A DNA stretch of 64,000 nt from Gemmatimonadota bacterium. GTDB lineage: Bacteria; Latescibacterota; UBA2968; UBA8231. The translations under genes were made by a program, and so were the position numbers. Each line of letters begins with the position of its first letter. Position 1 is the first letter of the stretch. Under the pieces are notes generated by a model, which saw only the letters and a program-made list of their open reading frames with translations, was not told the origin of the DNA and ran no database searches. The stretch spans positions 32,001-96,000 of the forward strand of contig JAYOYH010000005.1 in NCBI GenBank assembly GCA_038153405.1, in the 5' to 3' direction. This document shows positions 10,405 through 19,600 of the stretch, in pieces.

Positions 10405-11303
10405 GCGATTTCCAATCGATCTGCGTGGTTGGAGCCGGCTTTCTCGGCACGCAAATTGGCCTTCAGTGCGCCGCACACGGATACCAGACGCGGCTCGTCG
10501 AGCCATCTCCCCAAGCGCGCATCCAGTCGCAGCAGGTGGTGGCAACAGAGCTGAAGCGGCGCATTGACAGCGGCCAGCACGATACCGCTGAAGGCGACGC
10601 CGTGCTGGCGCGCATGACCTATTCCGAGGAACTGGAGCAGGGCGTGGCCGGCGCCGGCCTAATCATCGAAGCCATTCCCGAACGCCTCGAACTCAAGCGC
10701 CAGCTCTTTGCCCAACTCGACGCACTAACGCCCCCCGAAACCATCTTGGCCACCAACAGCTCGTCAATTAAGATATCGGCCATCGAAAGCGCTACCCAGC
10801 GCCTCGACAAAGTGCTAAACATGCACTTTTACGGCCTTATTTGGCAGCGCCCTATGGTCGAGTTAATGCGCGGCAGTGCCACCTCCGAAGAGACAATCGA
10901 GGCGGTCTATCGCTGTGCTCAGCGCATCGGCGTAACGCCCCTGGTCGTCGACAGAGAAAGCACCGGCTTTATCTTTAACCGCGTCTGGCGCGCCATCAAA
11001 CGCGAAACCTTGCACCTTGTAAACGAAGGCGTGACCTCGCACGAAAACGTCGACCGCGCCTGGATGATCTTCACGGGCATGAAGATGGGCCCTTTTGCCC
11101 TGATGGATCGCGTGGGGCTGGACGTCATATGCGACATCGAAAACGTCTACTACCGCGAATCGGGACTGGAGCGAGACGCCCCGCCACCCATCCTGACCGA
11201 CCGCGTTGCGCGCGGCGAGTTGGGCTGCAAGACGGGCAAGGGATTTTACACCTATCCCAATCCAGCTTTTGAGGATCCCCAGTGGCTCAGGGGAGACGCG
11301 TAA
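10401..11303 (+). CDS. 3-hydroxyacyl-CoA dehydrogenase family protein
   Basis: VVGAGFLG, IEAIPERLELK, ILATNSS, MHF, GFIFNR, GCKTGKGFY. Confidence 0.92.
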   Translation: MSDFQSICVVGAGFLGTQIGLQCAAHGYQTRLVEPSPQARIQSQQVVATELKRRIDSGQHDTAEGDAVLARMTYSEELEQGVAGAGLIIEAIPERLELKRQLFAQLDALTPPETILATNSSSIKISAIESATQRLDKVLNMHFYGLIWQRPMVELMRGSATSEETIEAVYRCAQRIGVTPLVVDRESTGFIFNRVWRAIKRETLHLVNEGVTSHENVDRAWMIFTGMKMGPFALMDRVGLDVICDIENVYYRESGLERDAPPPILTDRVARGELGCKTGKGFYTYPNPAFEDPQWLRGDA

Positions 11304-11420
11304 ACGGTACAGGCCCTCACCGCCCTATCTATCGCTCCTGAAAAGCCTACGGGGCGATATGGCGTCAGAAGCACTTCGAACAAAGAGCAAAAAATAATTT
11401 AACCGTGGAAAAATATGCCC

Positions 11421-11449
11421 TTGATTTTTTTTCGCATATTACTCACATT
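11421..11449 (+). promoter_or_regulatory. Possible sigma70-type promoter for the riboswitch-fliG transcript
   Basis: TTGATT-17 nt-CACATT in an AT-rich stretch just upstream of the aptamer; weak -10 match. Confidence 0.3.
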
Positions 11450-11459
11450 TCCACTCAGT

Positions 11460-11560
11460 CTTCGTTTCGAAAAGGCAAACTACGCGAAATCGTAGGACGC
11501 GAAGGAACGGGTCCTCATCTGGCCTCTGAGCCACCTAAGGACAGCCGCACTGTCGAAGGC
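11460..11560 (+). ncRNA. Cyclic-dinucleotide riboswitch aptamer, c-di-GMP-I/GEMM-I fold (variant)
   Basis: GGCAAAC, P2 CTACG(C)-GAAA-(T)CGTAG, GACGC-GAAG, P3 CGG-GTCCT/AGGAC-AG-CCG, 3' CTGTCGAA pairing with 5' TTCG; upstream of a motility gene. Confidence 0.85.
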
Positions 11561-11606
11561 CCTAGTTCAGTGCGGTCTATTTAGATCACTCCTTCGCGCG
11601 AGCAGC

Positions 11607-11645
11607 AAAGGCCGCACTGGTATATTTTACTCGTGCGGTTTTTTT
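11607..11645 (+). terminator. Intrinsic terminator in the riboswitch expression platform
   Basis: GGCCGCAC/GTGCGGTT stem with a T7 run (11639-11645), immediately before the fliG start. Confidence 0.8.
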
Positions 11646-11652
11646 GTTGCCG

Positions 11653-12678
11653 ATGGCCTCCGATACAGCAGAAGTTAGCGAAGAACCCGAGATTCCCCTG
11701 CGCCAGCGCGTAGCCATTGTCATGGTTGCACTCGGCTCTGACGTGGCCGGGGAGGTAATGAAACACCTCTCCGATTACGAAGTCGAGGAAATAACCCAGT
11801 CTATAGCGGCTCTCAAGAGCGTTTCCGTCGAGGTGATGGACCGCGTTCTCGAGGATTTTGAACAGCACCTGCTGGCCGGCGAGTGGATCAGCCAAGGCGG
11901 TATCGACTTTGCGCGCAGCGCCCTCGAGCGCGCGATTGGCCCGCGCAAGGCCCAGGAAATAATCGACCGCATCAGCAGCCGCGTGTCCTCTGGGTTCTAC
12001 ATGCTGCGCAACGTCTCGGCCGAACAAATTGCCCCTTTTATAAGCCACGAACACCCGCAGACCATCGCCCTCATTCTGTCGCAGTTGGACTCTGCTCAAG
12101 CTTCGGGCATCCTCTCTCAGCTTCCCGAGCGCCTGCAGGCCGGCGTGGCCTACCGCATAGCCACGATGGAAAACATTACGCCCGCCGTCCTTAAGCAGAT
12201 CGAAGAAAGCTTGGAGACATCGCTGCGCGACGTGCTGGGCGGCAATCAGGACGTCGGCGGTCCCCGCGTCATAGCCGATATACTCAACCTGACTGGTTCC
12301 TCTGTCGAAAAAAACGTCCTCGATCAGATGGACGCCATGGACCCCGAAGTGGCAGAATCGGTGCGCAACTTGATGTTCGTCTTCGCCGACATCGTAAAGT
12401 TGACCGATCGAGAAATCCAGACGCTAATGCGCGAAGTAGATCAAAAGGACCTAGTTGTCGCGCTCAAGACGGCCAGCGAAGAGCTCAAGACCAAGATCCT
12501 CGGCAATATGTCCGAGCGCGTGCGAACCTATATCACCGAGGAGATGGATTTCCTCGGACCCATGCGCGTATCCGAAGTAGAAGAAGTCCAGCTGCGCATC
12601 GTGCAGCAGGTCCGCCAGTTGGAGGAGCAGGGACAAATTACCGTTGTCCGCGGCGACTCCGACGATCAATTCGTTTAA
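11653..12678 (+). CDS. fliG: Flagellar motor switch protein FliG (no other flagellar gene in the window)
   Basis: GGIDFAR, EHPQTIALILS, MFVF (MFxF), NMSER, VEEVQLRIV motifs across full length. Confidence 0.92.
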   Translation: MASDTAEVSEEPEIPLRQRVAIVMVALGSDVAGEVMKHLSDYEVEEITQSIAALKSVSVEVMDRVLEDFEQHLLAGEWISQGGIDFARSALERAIGPRKAQEIIDRISSRVSSGFYMLRNVSAEQIAPFISHEHPQTIALILSQLDSAQASGILSQLPERLQAGVAYRIATMENITPAVLKQIEESLETSLRDVLGGNQDVGGPRVIADILNLTGSSVEKNVLDQMDAMDPEVAESVRNLMFVFADIVKLTDREIQTLMREVDQKDLVVALKTASEELKTKILGNMSERVRTYITEEMDFLGPMRVSEVEEVQLRIVQQVRQLEEQGQITVVRGDSDDQFV

Positions 12679-12773
12679 CCCCAGCAAAGGACGTCCTATG
12701 TATAGTCATGGCGCAAACCAATGCAAATCCACACTTCAACTTTTCTACCTTGCCTACGGAGGTCGTTAGCTAG

Positions 12774-14048
12774 ATGATCGAACCCCGCTCGCCCAAGCTG
12801 CTCTTCGTCCATAGCGGTTCCCCGAAGAAGCGCCTGACCTTTGTCGCCGCCAACCAACTCGGTGCCCAGGTCCACTTATTGAACCCAGAAACCAACTGGG
12901 CCTCTTCTCTCGTCCAACAAACGCACTCCACAGCCGGACTCAGCATTCCCGAAGTCGTCGCGCTCGCCGAAGACGTCCACCGTCGCGAACAGTTCGACGG
13001 CGTCGTGACCTTCTGGGAAGAAGACGTGCCGACCTGTGCGCTGATTAGCGCCCGTCTCGGCCTCCCCGGCAATGCACCGCAGGCCGCTCTGGCCGCGCGC
13101 AGCAAGTACCGCATGCGGAAAGCCTTTCAGTTGGCCGGTTTGCCGGTGCCCAAATTCCGCCGTTTTTTCGATCGCACCTCGCTGCTCGAAGCCTGCGCCG
13201 CCGTCGGCACTCCAGCCGTACTCAAACCGGAATGGGGTTCCGATAGCGAATGGGTGCTGCGCGTCGAAACGCCACAGCAAGCCCTCGAGACCTTTGAATC
13301 CATTCGCAATGAAGTGCGCATTCAAGACTGCATTTACCGCTACCGGAGCGGAACCTACGTGCTCGAAAGTCTGCTGGTCGGACCGGAAGTCAGCGTCGAA
13401 GGCGTCGTGCAAAACGGACGGGTAACCATCTATGCCATCATCGATAAGGCCAAGATGGACGATGACAGCTTTGTCGAGCGCGGCGAAACCACCCCATCGC
13501 TCTTTCCCGAAGACGTGCAGGAGCGGATTCGCACCATGGTCTGCAACGGCGTTGCCGCGCTTGAATTGGACAATTGTGGCATCCACGCGGAGATAAAAAT
13601 CACCGCCGACGGACCGCGCATTATCGAAATTGGTGCGCGCATGGGCGGCGACTGCATTCACGCGCTCGTGCTGCGCGTCTACGGCATTGATCTGGCGGTG
13701 GAAAATATACGCGCCGCACTCGGACAGCCGGTCAGTCCGGCTACGCCCGCACTCGGCTACGGCATCTCGCGCACGCTCGTTCCGGAAAAACCGGGGCTCG
13801 TGCGCCTCGAGCACAGAGGCAAACCGCGCGCCAGTCGCAATCTGATCGAAGTGGTGCTCACCAAGGGGCCCGGCGACTGCGTGGCCGTGCCGCCGCACGG
13901 CTACGACAATCTAGCTTGGATCAGCGTATGGGGGCGCAGTTACCGCGAGGCTAGTCGCCGCATAGACGCGCAAGCTGCTCGTCTGCAAAGCGCGTTTACC
14001 ATTGAGGACCAGAAGCAGACGCTCTACCACACCGAGGCCGCCGGATGA
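12774..14048 (+). CDS. ATP-grasp ligase 1 (L-amino-acid ligase-like)
   Basis: ARSKYRMR, VLKP..GS.S, GPEVSVEG, HAEIK, IEIGARMGGD. Confidence 0.88.
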   Translation: MIEPRSPKLLFVHSGSPKKRLTFVAANQLGAQVHLLNPETNWASSLVQQTHSTAGLSIPEVVALAEDVHRREQFDGVVTFWEEDVPTCALISARLGLPGNAPQAALAARSKYRMRKAFQLAGLPVPKFRRFFDRTSLLEACAAVGTPAVLKPEWGSDSEWVLRVETPQQALETFESIRNEVRIQDCIYRYRSGTYVLESLLVGPEVSVEGVVQNGRVTIYAIIDKAKMDDDSFVERGETTPSLFPEDVQERIRTMVCNGVAALELDNCGIHAEIKITADGPRIIEIGARMGGDCIHALVLRVYGIDLAVENIRAALGQPVSPATPALGYGISRTLVPEKPGLVRLEHRGKPRASRNLIEVVLTKGPGDCVAVPPHGYDNLAWISVWGRSYREASRRIDAQAARLQSAFTIEDQKQTLYHTEAAG

Positions 14049-15364
14049 AGCACCTACTCTTCGTGCACACGGCGGGTGATGCGCAGCCCTATGTAGAGCG
14101 CCTGCGCGCATTGGGCTTTCGCGCCAGTCTCATAAAGCGGTGCCCAAGTGCGGGTGATAGAGCCTGTTTCGATGCGACATTTGACATCGACTACCAAGAA
14201 GATATGGGGGCAGCGCTGGCCTGTGCAGTGGACCTGCACCAGCGCGACCCCATTGACGGCGTGCTCAGCTTTTCGGAAAGCGGCGTGCTCGGAGCCAGCT
14301 TTATCGCCGAACACCTCGGCCTGCCAGCCAATGCTCCGAAAGCCGCGCTGCGCGCGCGCAACAAATACCTCATGCGCAAAGCGCTGCGCGACGCCGGGCT
14401 GCCAACGCCTGAGTTCCATCTGGTCGACAGCGCGCAGCAGGCTCTCTCCATACTGCAAGAGCGCGACCGCCCGATGGTGCTCAAGCCCATCAGCGGCTCA
14501 TCCAGCTACGGCGTCGTACGCCTGATGCCGGAGGACGCGTTGGAAACCATCGCCGCCCACTTTGACTCGGTGCGCACCTATATTGGCACCTACCGCGAGG
14601 AAAATCCCCAGTATCCGTTCGAGTTTTGGCTGCCCGAAGCTGGGCGCGGCATTGACCAGGCCGACGTATTCGACCCGCGAGTGCACCTGCTGCTGGAGGG
14701 TTTTATTCCCGGGCAGCAGGTGAGCGTAGACGGCATTGTCAGCGAGGGGGAAGTGAGCTGCTTTGGCGTTATCGAAATCGAGCGCATCAAAGACGAGGAC
14801 TACTTTCTCGAATACGAAGAATGGATGCCGACGCACCTCGGCACGGCGCGCGAAGAGGCCATCCAAGATGCCACCGCCAGCGCCGTGCGAGCACTGGGTC
14901 TGCGCAACAGTTGTTTTCACTGCGAACTAAAAATCGACGGCGACGACATCTGCGTGCTCGAAATTGCGGCGCGGCGCGGCGCCGACAATATTGCCGATTT
15001 CCTGCACTCGCTGCACGGCATTGATATCTACGCAGAAGGGGCGCACATTGCCAGTGGACAGCATAGGCACTACCCGCGTCGGCATCCGCACGGAGCGATG
15101 AAAATGCGCTACTTTCTACCGGATAAGTCGGGCGTCATTGCCCGCATCGATGGGATCGAGGACGTCCAAAGTGACCCGCGCCTGAGCGAGTTGTGCCTCG
15201 ATTTCTCTGTCGGTGAACGCGTATTAACTCCTCCTGACGGCTTTGAGTTCTTAGGCTATATGAGCGTGTGCGCCACCGACCTTTCCGGTGCAGACGCCGC
15301 GTTAGAGTCGCTGTACCCGCGCGTCGTATTTCATATCGACACCGATTCAATCCTATCATCCTAA
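14045..15364 (+). CDS. ATP-grasp ligase 2 (L-amino-acid ligase-like)
   Basis: ARNKYLMR, VLKPISGSSSYGV, HCELK, LEIAARRGAD; ATGA overlap with upstream gene. Confidence 0.88.
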   Translation: MKHLLFVHTAGDAQPYVERLRALGFRASLIKRCPSAGDRACFDATFDIDYQEDMGAALACAVDLHQRDPIDGVLSFSESGVLGASFIAEHLGLPANAPKAALRARNKYLMRKALRDAGLPTPEFHLVDSAQQALSILQERDRPMVLKPISGSSSYGVVRLMPEDALETIAAHFDSVRTYIGTYREENPQYPFEFWLPEAGRGIDQADVFDPRVHLLLEGFIPGQQVSVDGIVSEGEVSCFGVIEIERIKDEDYFLEYEEWMPTHLGTAREEAIQDATASAVRALGLRNSCFHCELKIDGDDICVLEIAARRGADNIADFLHSLHGIDIYAEGAHIASGQHRHYPRRHPHGAMKMRYFLPDKSGVIARIDGIEDVQSDPRLSELCLDFSVGERVLTPPDGFEFLGYMSVCATDLSGADAALESLYPRVVFHIDTDSILSS

Positions 15365-15365
15365 A

Positions 15366-16628
15366 ATGGCCCATTTAAACGATCCATTGCTGGTGGTACA
15401 CCCAAGTCTGGACTATGCCAGAAGAGTGTGTAGCCACTTTCCCAACACCGTATTCATCGCGTTGCCCGCCCGTGCCAAAGAGCTGCGCATGGCGGGTTTC
15501 CGCGCGCTGGCCGCCGATCTGAACAACGGGCGTGCGGCACTGCGCAGCGCCGCCGACTACGCTCTGGCACAGCGCTTTCGCTACGCGGGTATCGCCTGCT
15601 TTGTCTGCGAATACCTGCCGCTAACCGCATTCGTCGCAGCCGGATTGGGCCTGCCACACGTCGAGGTGCAGACGGCCACACTCCTGCGCGACAAAGCGCG
15701 AAGCGGCGCGCGTTGGGCCCGTGCCGGCATACCCGTGCCCAACGCCCAACTCATCGACGACCTGAGCGAGTTAGAGGCCTTTGCATCGACCTGTCCGCCG
15801 CCTTGGATAGTAAAGCCTATAGACGCGACGGGCAGCGAATGGGTCTTGCGCATAGACGACCCGAGTCAGCTAGCCGAGGCCCACACGCGCCTTCAGCACG
15901 GCCTGCAGGGGTTACACCCTAGCGATCCGGCACCAGCCTATATAGCCCAGCGATTTATTCAGGGCCGCGAATTTGGCGTCGACTTTTTTATCGAAGGACA
16001 GCGCTTGCGCATTTTGCGCCTGTGCGAAAAGTTTCTCGTCGAAACGCCCGCACAGGCAGGCGTCGTTGGCGGCTATTACTTTCCACACCTACCACAGCGC
16101 CTGCGCCGTCAGTTGCAGGATACCCTGCGCCAGGCCGCGCGCGCGGTGGGGATGGCGCGCGGCATCGGCATGGCTGATCTCATCCTCTCTAACGATGTAT
16201 TTTACCTGCTGGAGATGGCGCCCCGTCCGGGCGGGGACTGCCTGCCCGACCTGTGCCGCGCCACCCTCAACTACGACCCCATACGCGCCGCCTGTGAAGC
16301 GGCTATCGGCGAGACTCCGCGCGCCGTTCACTGGCCTCATCCACTGCGCCCGCTGTGTGCGCTCCACCTGATGAGCGATCGCGAGGGGACCATACAGCAG
16401 ATCGACTTTTCTGCCCTGCGCGCCCACAGCAGCTTCTACAAATTCATCGAGGCCTACTGCGAACCAGGCGACGCCCTGCGCCAATGGGCTGGCAGCTACG
16501 AAGACCGCATTGTCGCTTCCTGCCTAGCCGATTGCCCCGATCCGAGCAGCCTGGCATCGCTGTGGAAAGAGCTGTCAGATGCCGTCCATATCACTTTTGC
16601 TAACAAACTGGAAACGGACCCATTATGA
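15366..16628 (+). CDS. ATP-grasp ligase 3
   Basis: RDK, IVKPIDATGSEWV, GREFGVD, LEMAPRPGGD. Confidence 0.85.
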   Translation: MAHLNDPLLVVHPSLDYARRVCSHFPNTVFIALPARAKELRMAGFRALAADLNNGRAALRSAADYALAQRFRYAGIACFVCEYLPLTAFVAAGLGLPHVEVQTATLLRDKARSGARWARAGIPVPNAQLIDDLSELEAFASTCPPPWIVKPIDATGSEWVLRIDDPSQLAEAHTRLQHGLQGLHPSDPAPAYIAQRFIQGREFGVDFFIEGQRLRILRLCEKFLVETPAQAGVVGGYYFPHLPQRLRRQLQDTLRQAARAVGMARGIGMADLILSNDVFYLLEMAPRPGGDCLPDLCRATLNYDPIRAACEAAIGETPRAVHWPHPLRPLCALHLMSDREGTIQQIDFSALRAHSSFYKFIEAYCEPGDALRQWAGSYEDRIVASCLADCPDPSSLASLWKELSDAVHITFANKLETDPL

Positions 16629-17989
16629 CTTCTTCTTCGCCCCCTCTCCGCGCCGGCCAGCTGCGCGCACTGGTCGACGAATGCCTCGAGCAGCGCGCGC
16701 AGTTTCTCGCCGCTAGCGAGGCATTCGGCACGCCGCAGTACTTAGTCGACCAGATGCGCATCGACGCGCAGGCCGCGCGCTTTCTACGCGCGTTTAGCCA
16801 CCCGCAGCAGCCCACGCGCACGCACTATGCGCTCAAATCCAACCCGTCTCTACCTGTCGTTCAGACGATTTGTCGAGCCGGACTGTGCGCCGACGCATCA
16901 TCCGGTCTCGAACTCGAGCTAGCGCTGCGCTGTGATTTCCCCCACATCGTTCTATCAGGTCCGGCCAAGAGCGACGGTGAACTCGGGCTAGCGCTCGACC
17001 ACGCGGATAGAGTCACGGTGCACTTGGACAGCTTTGCCGAGTTGAAGCGACTAGAGGCACTGGCCGCTCGGCGCCAAACCCCTATTCGCACCGGCATCCG
17101 AATCAATACGGAAGCGCACGGCAACTGGACAAAGTTCGGCATTCCCGCCGCCTCCCTAGGCGAGTTCACGGCGGCCGCCCGACAAATGGACTGGGTGCAG
17201 CTGCAGGGCATACAGTTTCATCTCAGCTGGAATCGCCAGGCCCGCGGCTACATCGAAACGCTGCGCGCGCTGGGTCCGCTGCTAGTTGCCCATCCGCCGA
17301 CAGACGGGTGGAAATTTGTCGATATAGGCGGCGGATTTTATCCCGAAGATGACGAGGCGGCCTATCCATGGCTAACCGATGACCAGCGCCTGCGCGCGCT
17401 CAGCGGTCAAGCAAACGCCGATGCACCGGCTGCCGATTGGGACTTGAGCTACTTGCTACACGCCGTGCAACCGATAGAGGACATGGCCAGCGAAGTATTT
17501 GCCGCCTTTGCCCAATTCGTCAGCTCGTCCATCGGTCCACTCGAGCTATGGCTGGAACCCGGTCGCTATATAGCGAACAAGGGCGTGCATATCCTGCTGC
17601 GGGTAGCCGATGTTAAAAGCGACGATATCGCCATCGCCGATGGGGGCACCAATTTGCTGGGCTGGGAGCGCTTGGAAAGCGAGCACTGCCCGCTGATTAA
17701 CCTTACCCACCCATCGACCCAGCAGCGGCGCTGCCGAGTCTACGGTTCGCTCTGCACGCCACACGATTTGTGGGGATATGCCTATTACGGGACGCACCTG
17801 GAGGTAGGCGATATCCTGCTATTACCGGCCCAGGGTTCCTATGTGCAAACGCTGGCACAGCGCTTTATAAAACCTGTCTGCCAAACCGTCTACTGGAGCA
17901 CTGATGGTCAATTGGAGCAGGTCGAAGCGGCCGAGAGATTAGAGGATCGCTATCCGGCTCTGCGCGACAGCGCACTGCACCCGGCCTAG
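16625..17989 (+). CDS. PLP-dependent fold-type III decarboxylase (LysA/ODC-like)
   Basis: YALKSN (PLP Lys), KFG, DIGGGF, EPGRY, GSLCTPHD, GSY. Confidence 0.9.
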   Translation: MTSSSPPLRAGQLRALVDECLEQRAQFLAASEAFGTPQYLVDQMRIDAQAARFLRAFSHPQQPTRTHYALKSNPSLPVVQTICRAGLCADASSGLELELALRCDFPHIVLSGPAKSDGELGLALDHADRVTVHLDSFAELKRLEALAARRQTPIRTGIRINTEAHGNWTKFGIPAASLGEFTAAARQMDWVQLQGIQFHLSWNRQARGYIETLRALGPLLVAHPPTDGWKFVDIGGGFYPEDDEAAYPWLTDDQRLRALSGQANADAPAADWDLSYLLHAVQPIEDMASEVFAAFAQFVSSSIGPLELWLEPGRYIANKGVHILLRVADVKSDDIAIADGGTNLLGWERLESEHCPLINLTHPSTQQRRCRVYGSLCTPHDLWGYAYYGTHLEVGDILLLPAQGSYVQTLAQRFIKPVCQTVYWSTDGQLEQVEAAERLEDRYPALRDSALHPA

Positions 17990-18007
17990 CCGACCTACGC
18001 CCGCGCC

Positions 18008-19468
18008 GTGCAGATCGAACCACTGGACCAATTTATCGTAGCGCTCTACGCGCTGGCCATGCTCGGGGTCGGCTTTTATCTGCGCGGTAGGATATCGACC
18101 TTTGACCAGTTTAGCATGGCCGACCGCCAGCTGTCGGCACCGCTGCTCTTGTGCACGCTGGTATCTACCTACTATGGCCTCGGCGTCCTGCTGGCTGGCT
18201 CGGAAATCAGCTATGAAAGCGGCGTGGTCAACTTCTTTTTCGATACGGGACCGGCCTATATCGCCCTGATCGTAGCGGCGCTACTTTTGGCCCCGCGCCT
18301 GCAGGGCCGCTCCTTTCGCTCCATACCGGATATCGTGGGAGCGCGCTTTGGCCTCGGCGCCCAAATATGCGCCGCGCTCTCCTGCTTTATTTATGCGCTG
18401 CCCGCCTTTTCCATCATGGGCTTGGGCGGTCTGCTGCACCTGCTCTTCGGCTTGCCTTTTTACTGGGGTTTAGTGCTGGGCAGCGCCTTTGCTCTCACTT
18501 ATACGGCACTGGGCGGCCTGCTAGCCGTCGCGCTGACCGATGCTGCCCAGTTCGCCCTCATGGCGACGACGCTGGCCCTAGTCGCCTTTCTCGGGCTACC
18601 CGACCTAGGCGGAGTGGCAGCGCTCGAACAGGCGCTGCCAACGCACTTTGAACCATCTGGCGGACGTCCCATCGCCCTGCTCTTCGTCTACGGTCTCACC
18701 TCGCTGAGCATTCTCGTCGAGCCGGCCTTTTACCAGCGCATCTTCGCCGCGCGCGACCAGCGCACAATCGTCATGGCCATGCTCGTCGGCGTGGTATTTT
18801 GGATGTCGTACGACTGGATCGTCACCGTGCTGGGCATCGCCGCACGCGCGGCCGTGCTGGGTGGCTATATGCCCGAACCGCCGACGCCCGATCAGGCTGT
18901 TATACACTTTGCCATACGCGTATTGCCCAGCGGCCTCATAGGCATATTTGCCGCCGGCGTCGTCGCTGCCGCCATGTCGACCGTCGACAGCTATCTCCTC
19001 GTTTCTGCCAGCACGTTGGTCTACGACATCTGGCATCCGCTCGGCGGCAGGCACATGGACGATGCGCAACTCGTGCGGCGCACCCGCTGGACGATGTTAT
19101 TGACCACCGCTGCAACGATCCTGCTCTGCCTCTACTTCAGCAATGTCGAACGCCTGTGGATCTTTATCACCGCCGTGCTGATATGCACCAGTATGATTCC
19201 CGTGCTGAGCGCCCTGTTCTGGCCGAGCGTGCAGCGCCGCGCTGGATGCCTGGCAACCTATGTCGGCTTTTCTTCGGTGCTTGCATTCTACACCTGGATC
19301 GATCTATGCGGCCAATGGGTCGAAGAAGAAGCGACCTACATTTGGACGGGCGCAATTTTCGACCATTCGTGGACAATTAACCAAGACTACGGCATACTCT
19401 ATATCCTGCCGCTGGTCATTGTCGTCTTTGCCGTCTCCCACCTATTTCCCGAGCGCAGCGCATCGTGA
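18008..19468 (+). CDS. Sodium:solute symporter (SSS) family transporter
   Basis: Many TM segments, YTALGGLLAVALTD, YQRIFAA, AAAMSTVDS. Confidence 0.92.
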   Translation: MQIEPLDQFIVALYALAMLGVGFYLRGRISTFDQFSMADRQLSAPLLLCTLVSTYYGLGVLLAGSEISYESGVVNFFFDTGPAYIALIVAALLLAPRLQGRSFRSIPDIVGARFGLGAQICAALSCFIYALPAFSIMGLGGLLHLLFGLPFYWGLVLGSAFALTYTALGGLLAVALTDAAQFALMATTLALVAFLGLPDLGGVAALEQALPTHFEPSGGRPIALLFVYGLTSLSILVEPAFYQRIFAARDQRTIVMAMLVGVVFWMSYDWIVTVLGIAARAAVLGGYMPEPPTPDQAVIHFAIRVLPSGLIGIFAAGVVAAAMSTVDSYLLVSASTLVYDIWHPLGGRHMDDAQLVRRTRWTMLLTTAATILLCLYFSNVERLWIFITAVLICTSMIPVLSALFWPSVQRRAGCLATYVGFSSVLAFYTWIDLCGQWVEEEATYIWTGAIFDHSWTINQDYGILYILPLVIVVFAVSHLFPERSAS

Positions 19469-19600
19469 CGATATACGCTCTCGCTACCTGGGTCGCGCAG
19501 TCGGTGCTGGCTATTGGCAGTCTACTAGCCCTCTACCTGCTCGTGCGCTCACGTCGCTAGCCCACTCGCCCACCGGCACGAATGCCCCTATATTTCAGCC

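Noticed and set aside
12876..13898. 340-aa minus-strand ORF
   Set aside because: Shadow of ATP-grasp ligase 1, as expected in GC-rich DNA.
12774..16628. Graspetide (RiPP) cluster
   Set aside because: The ligases are of the roughly 420-aa amino-acid-ligase type rather than RimK/MvdD-like, and no convincing precursor with repeated core motifs is present.
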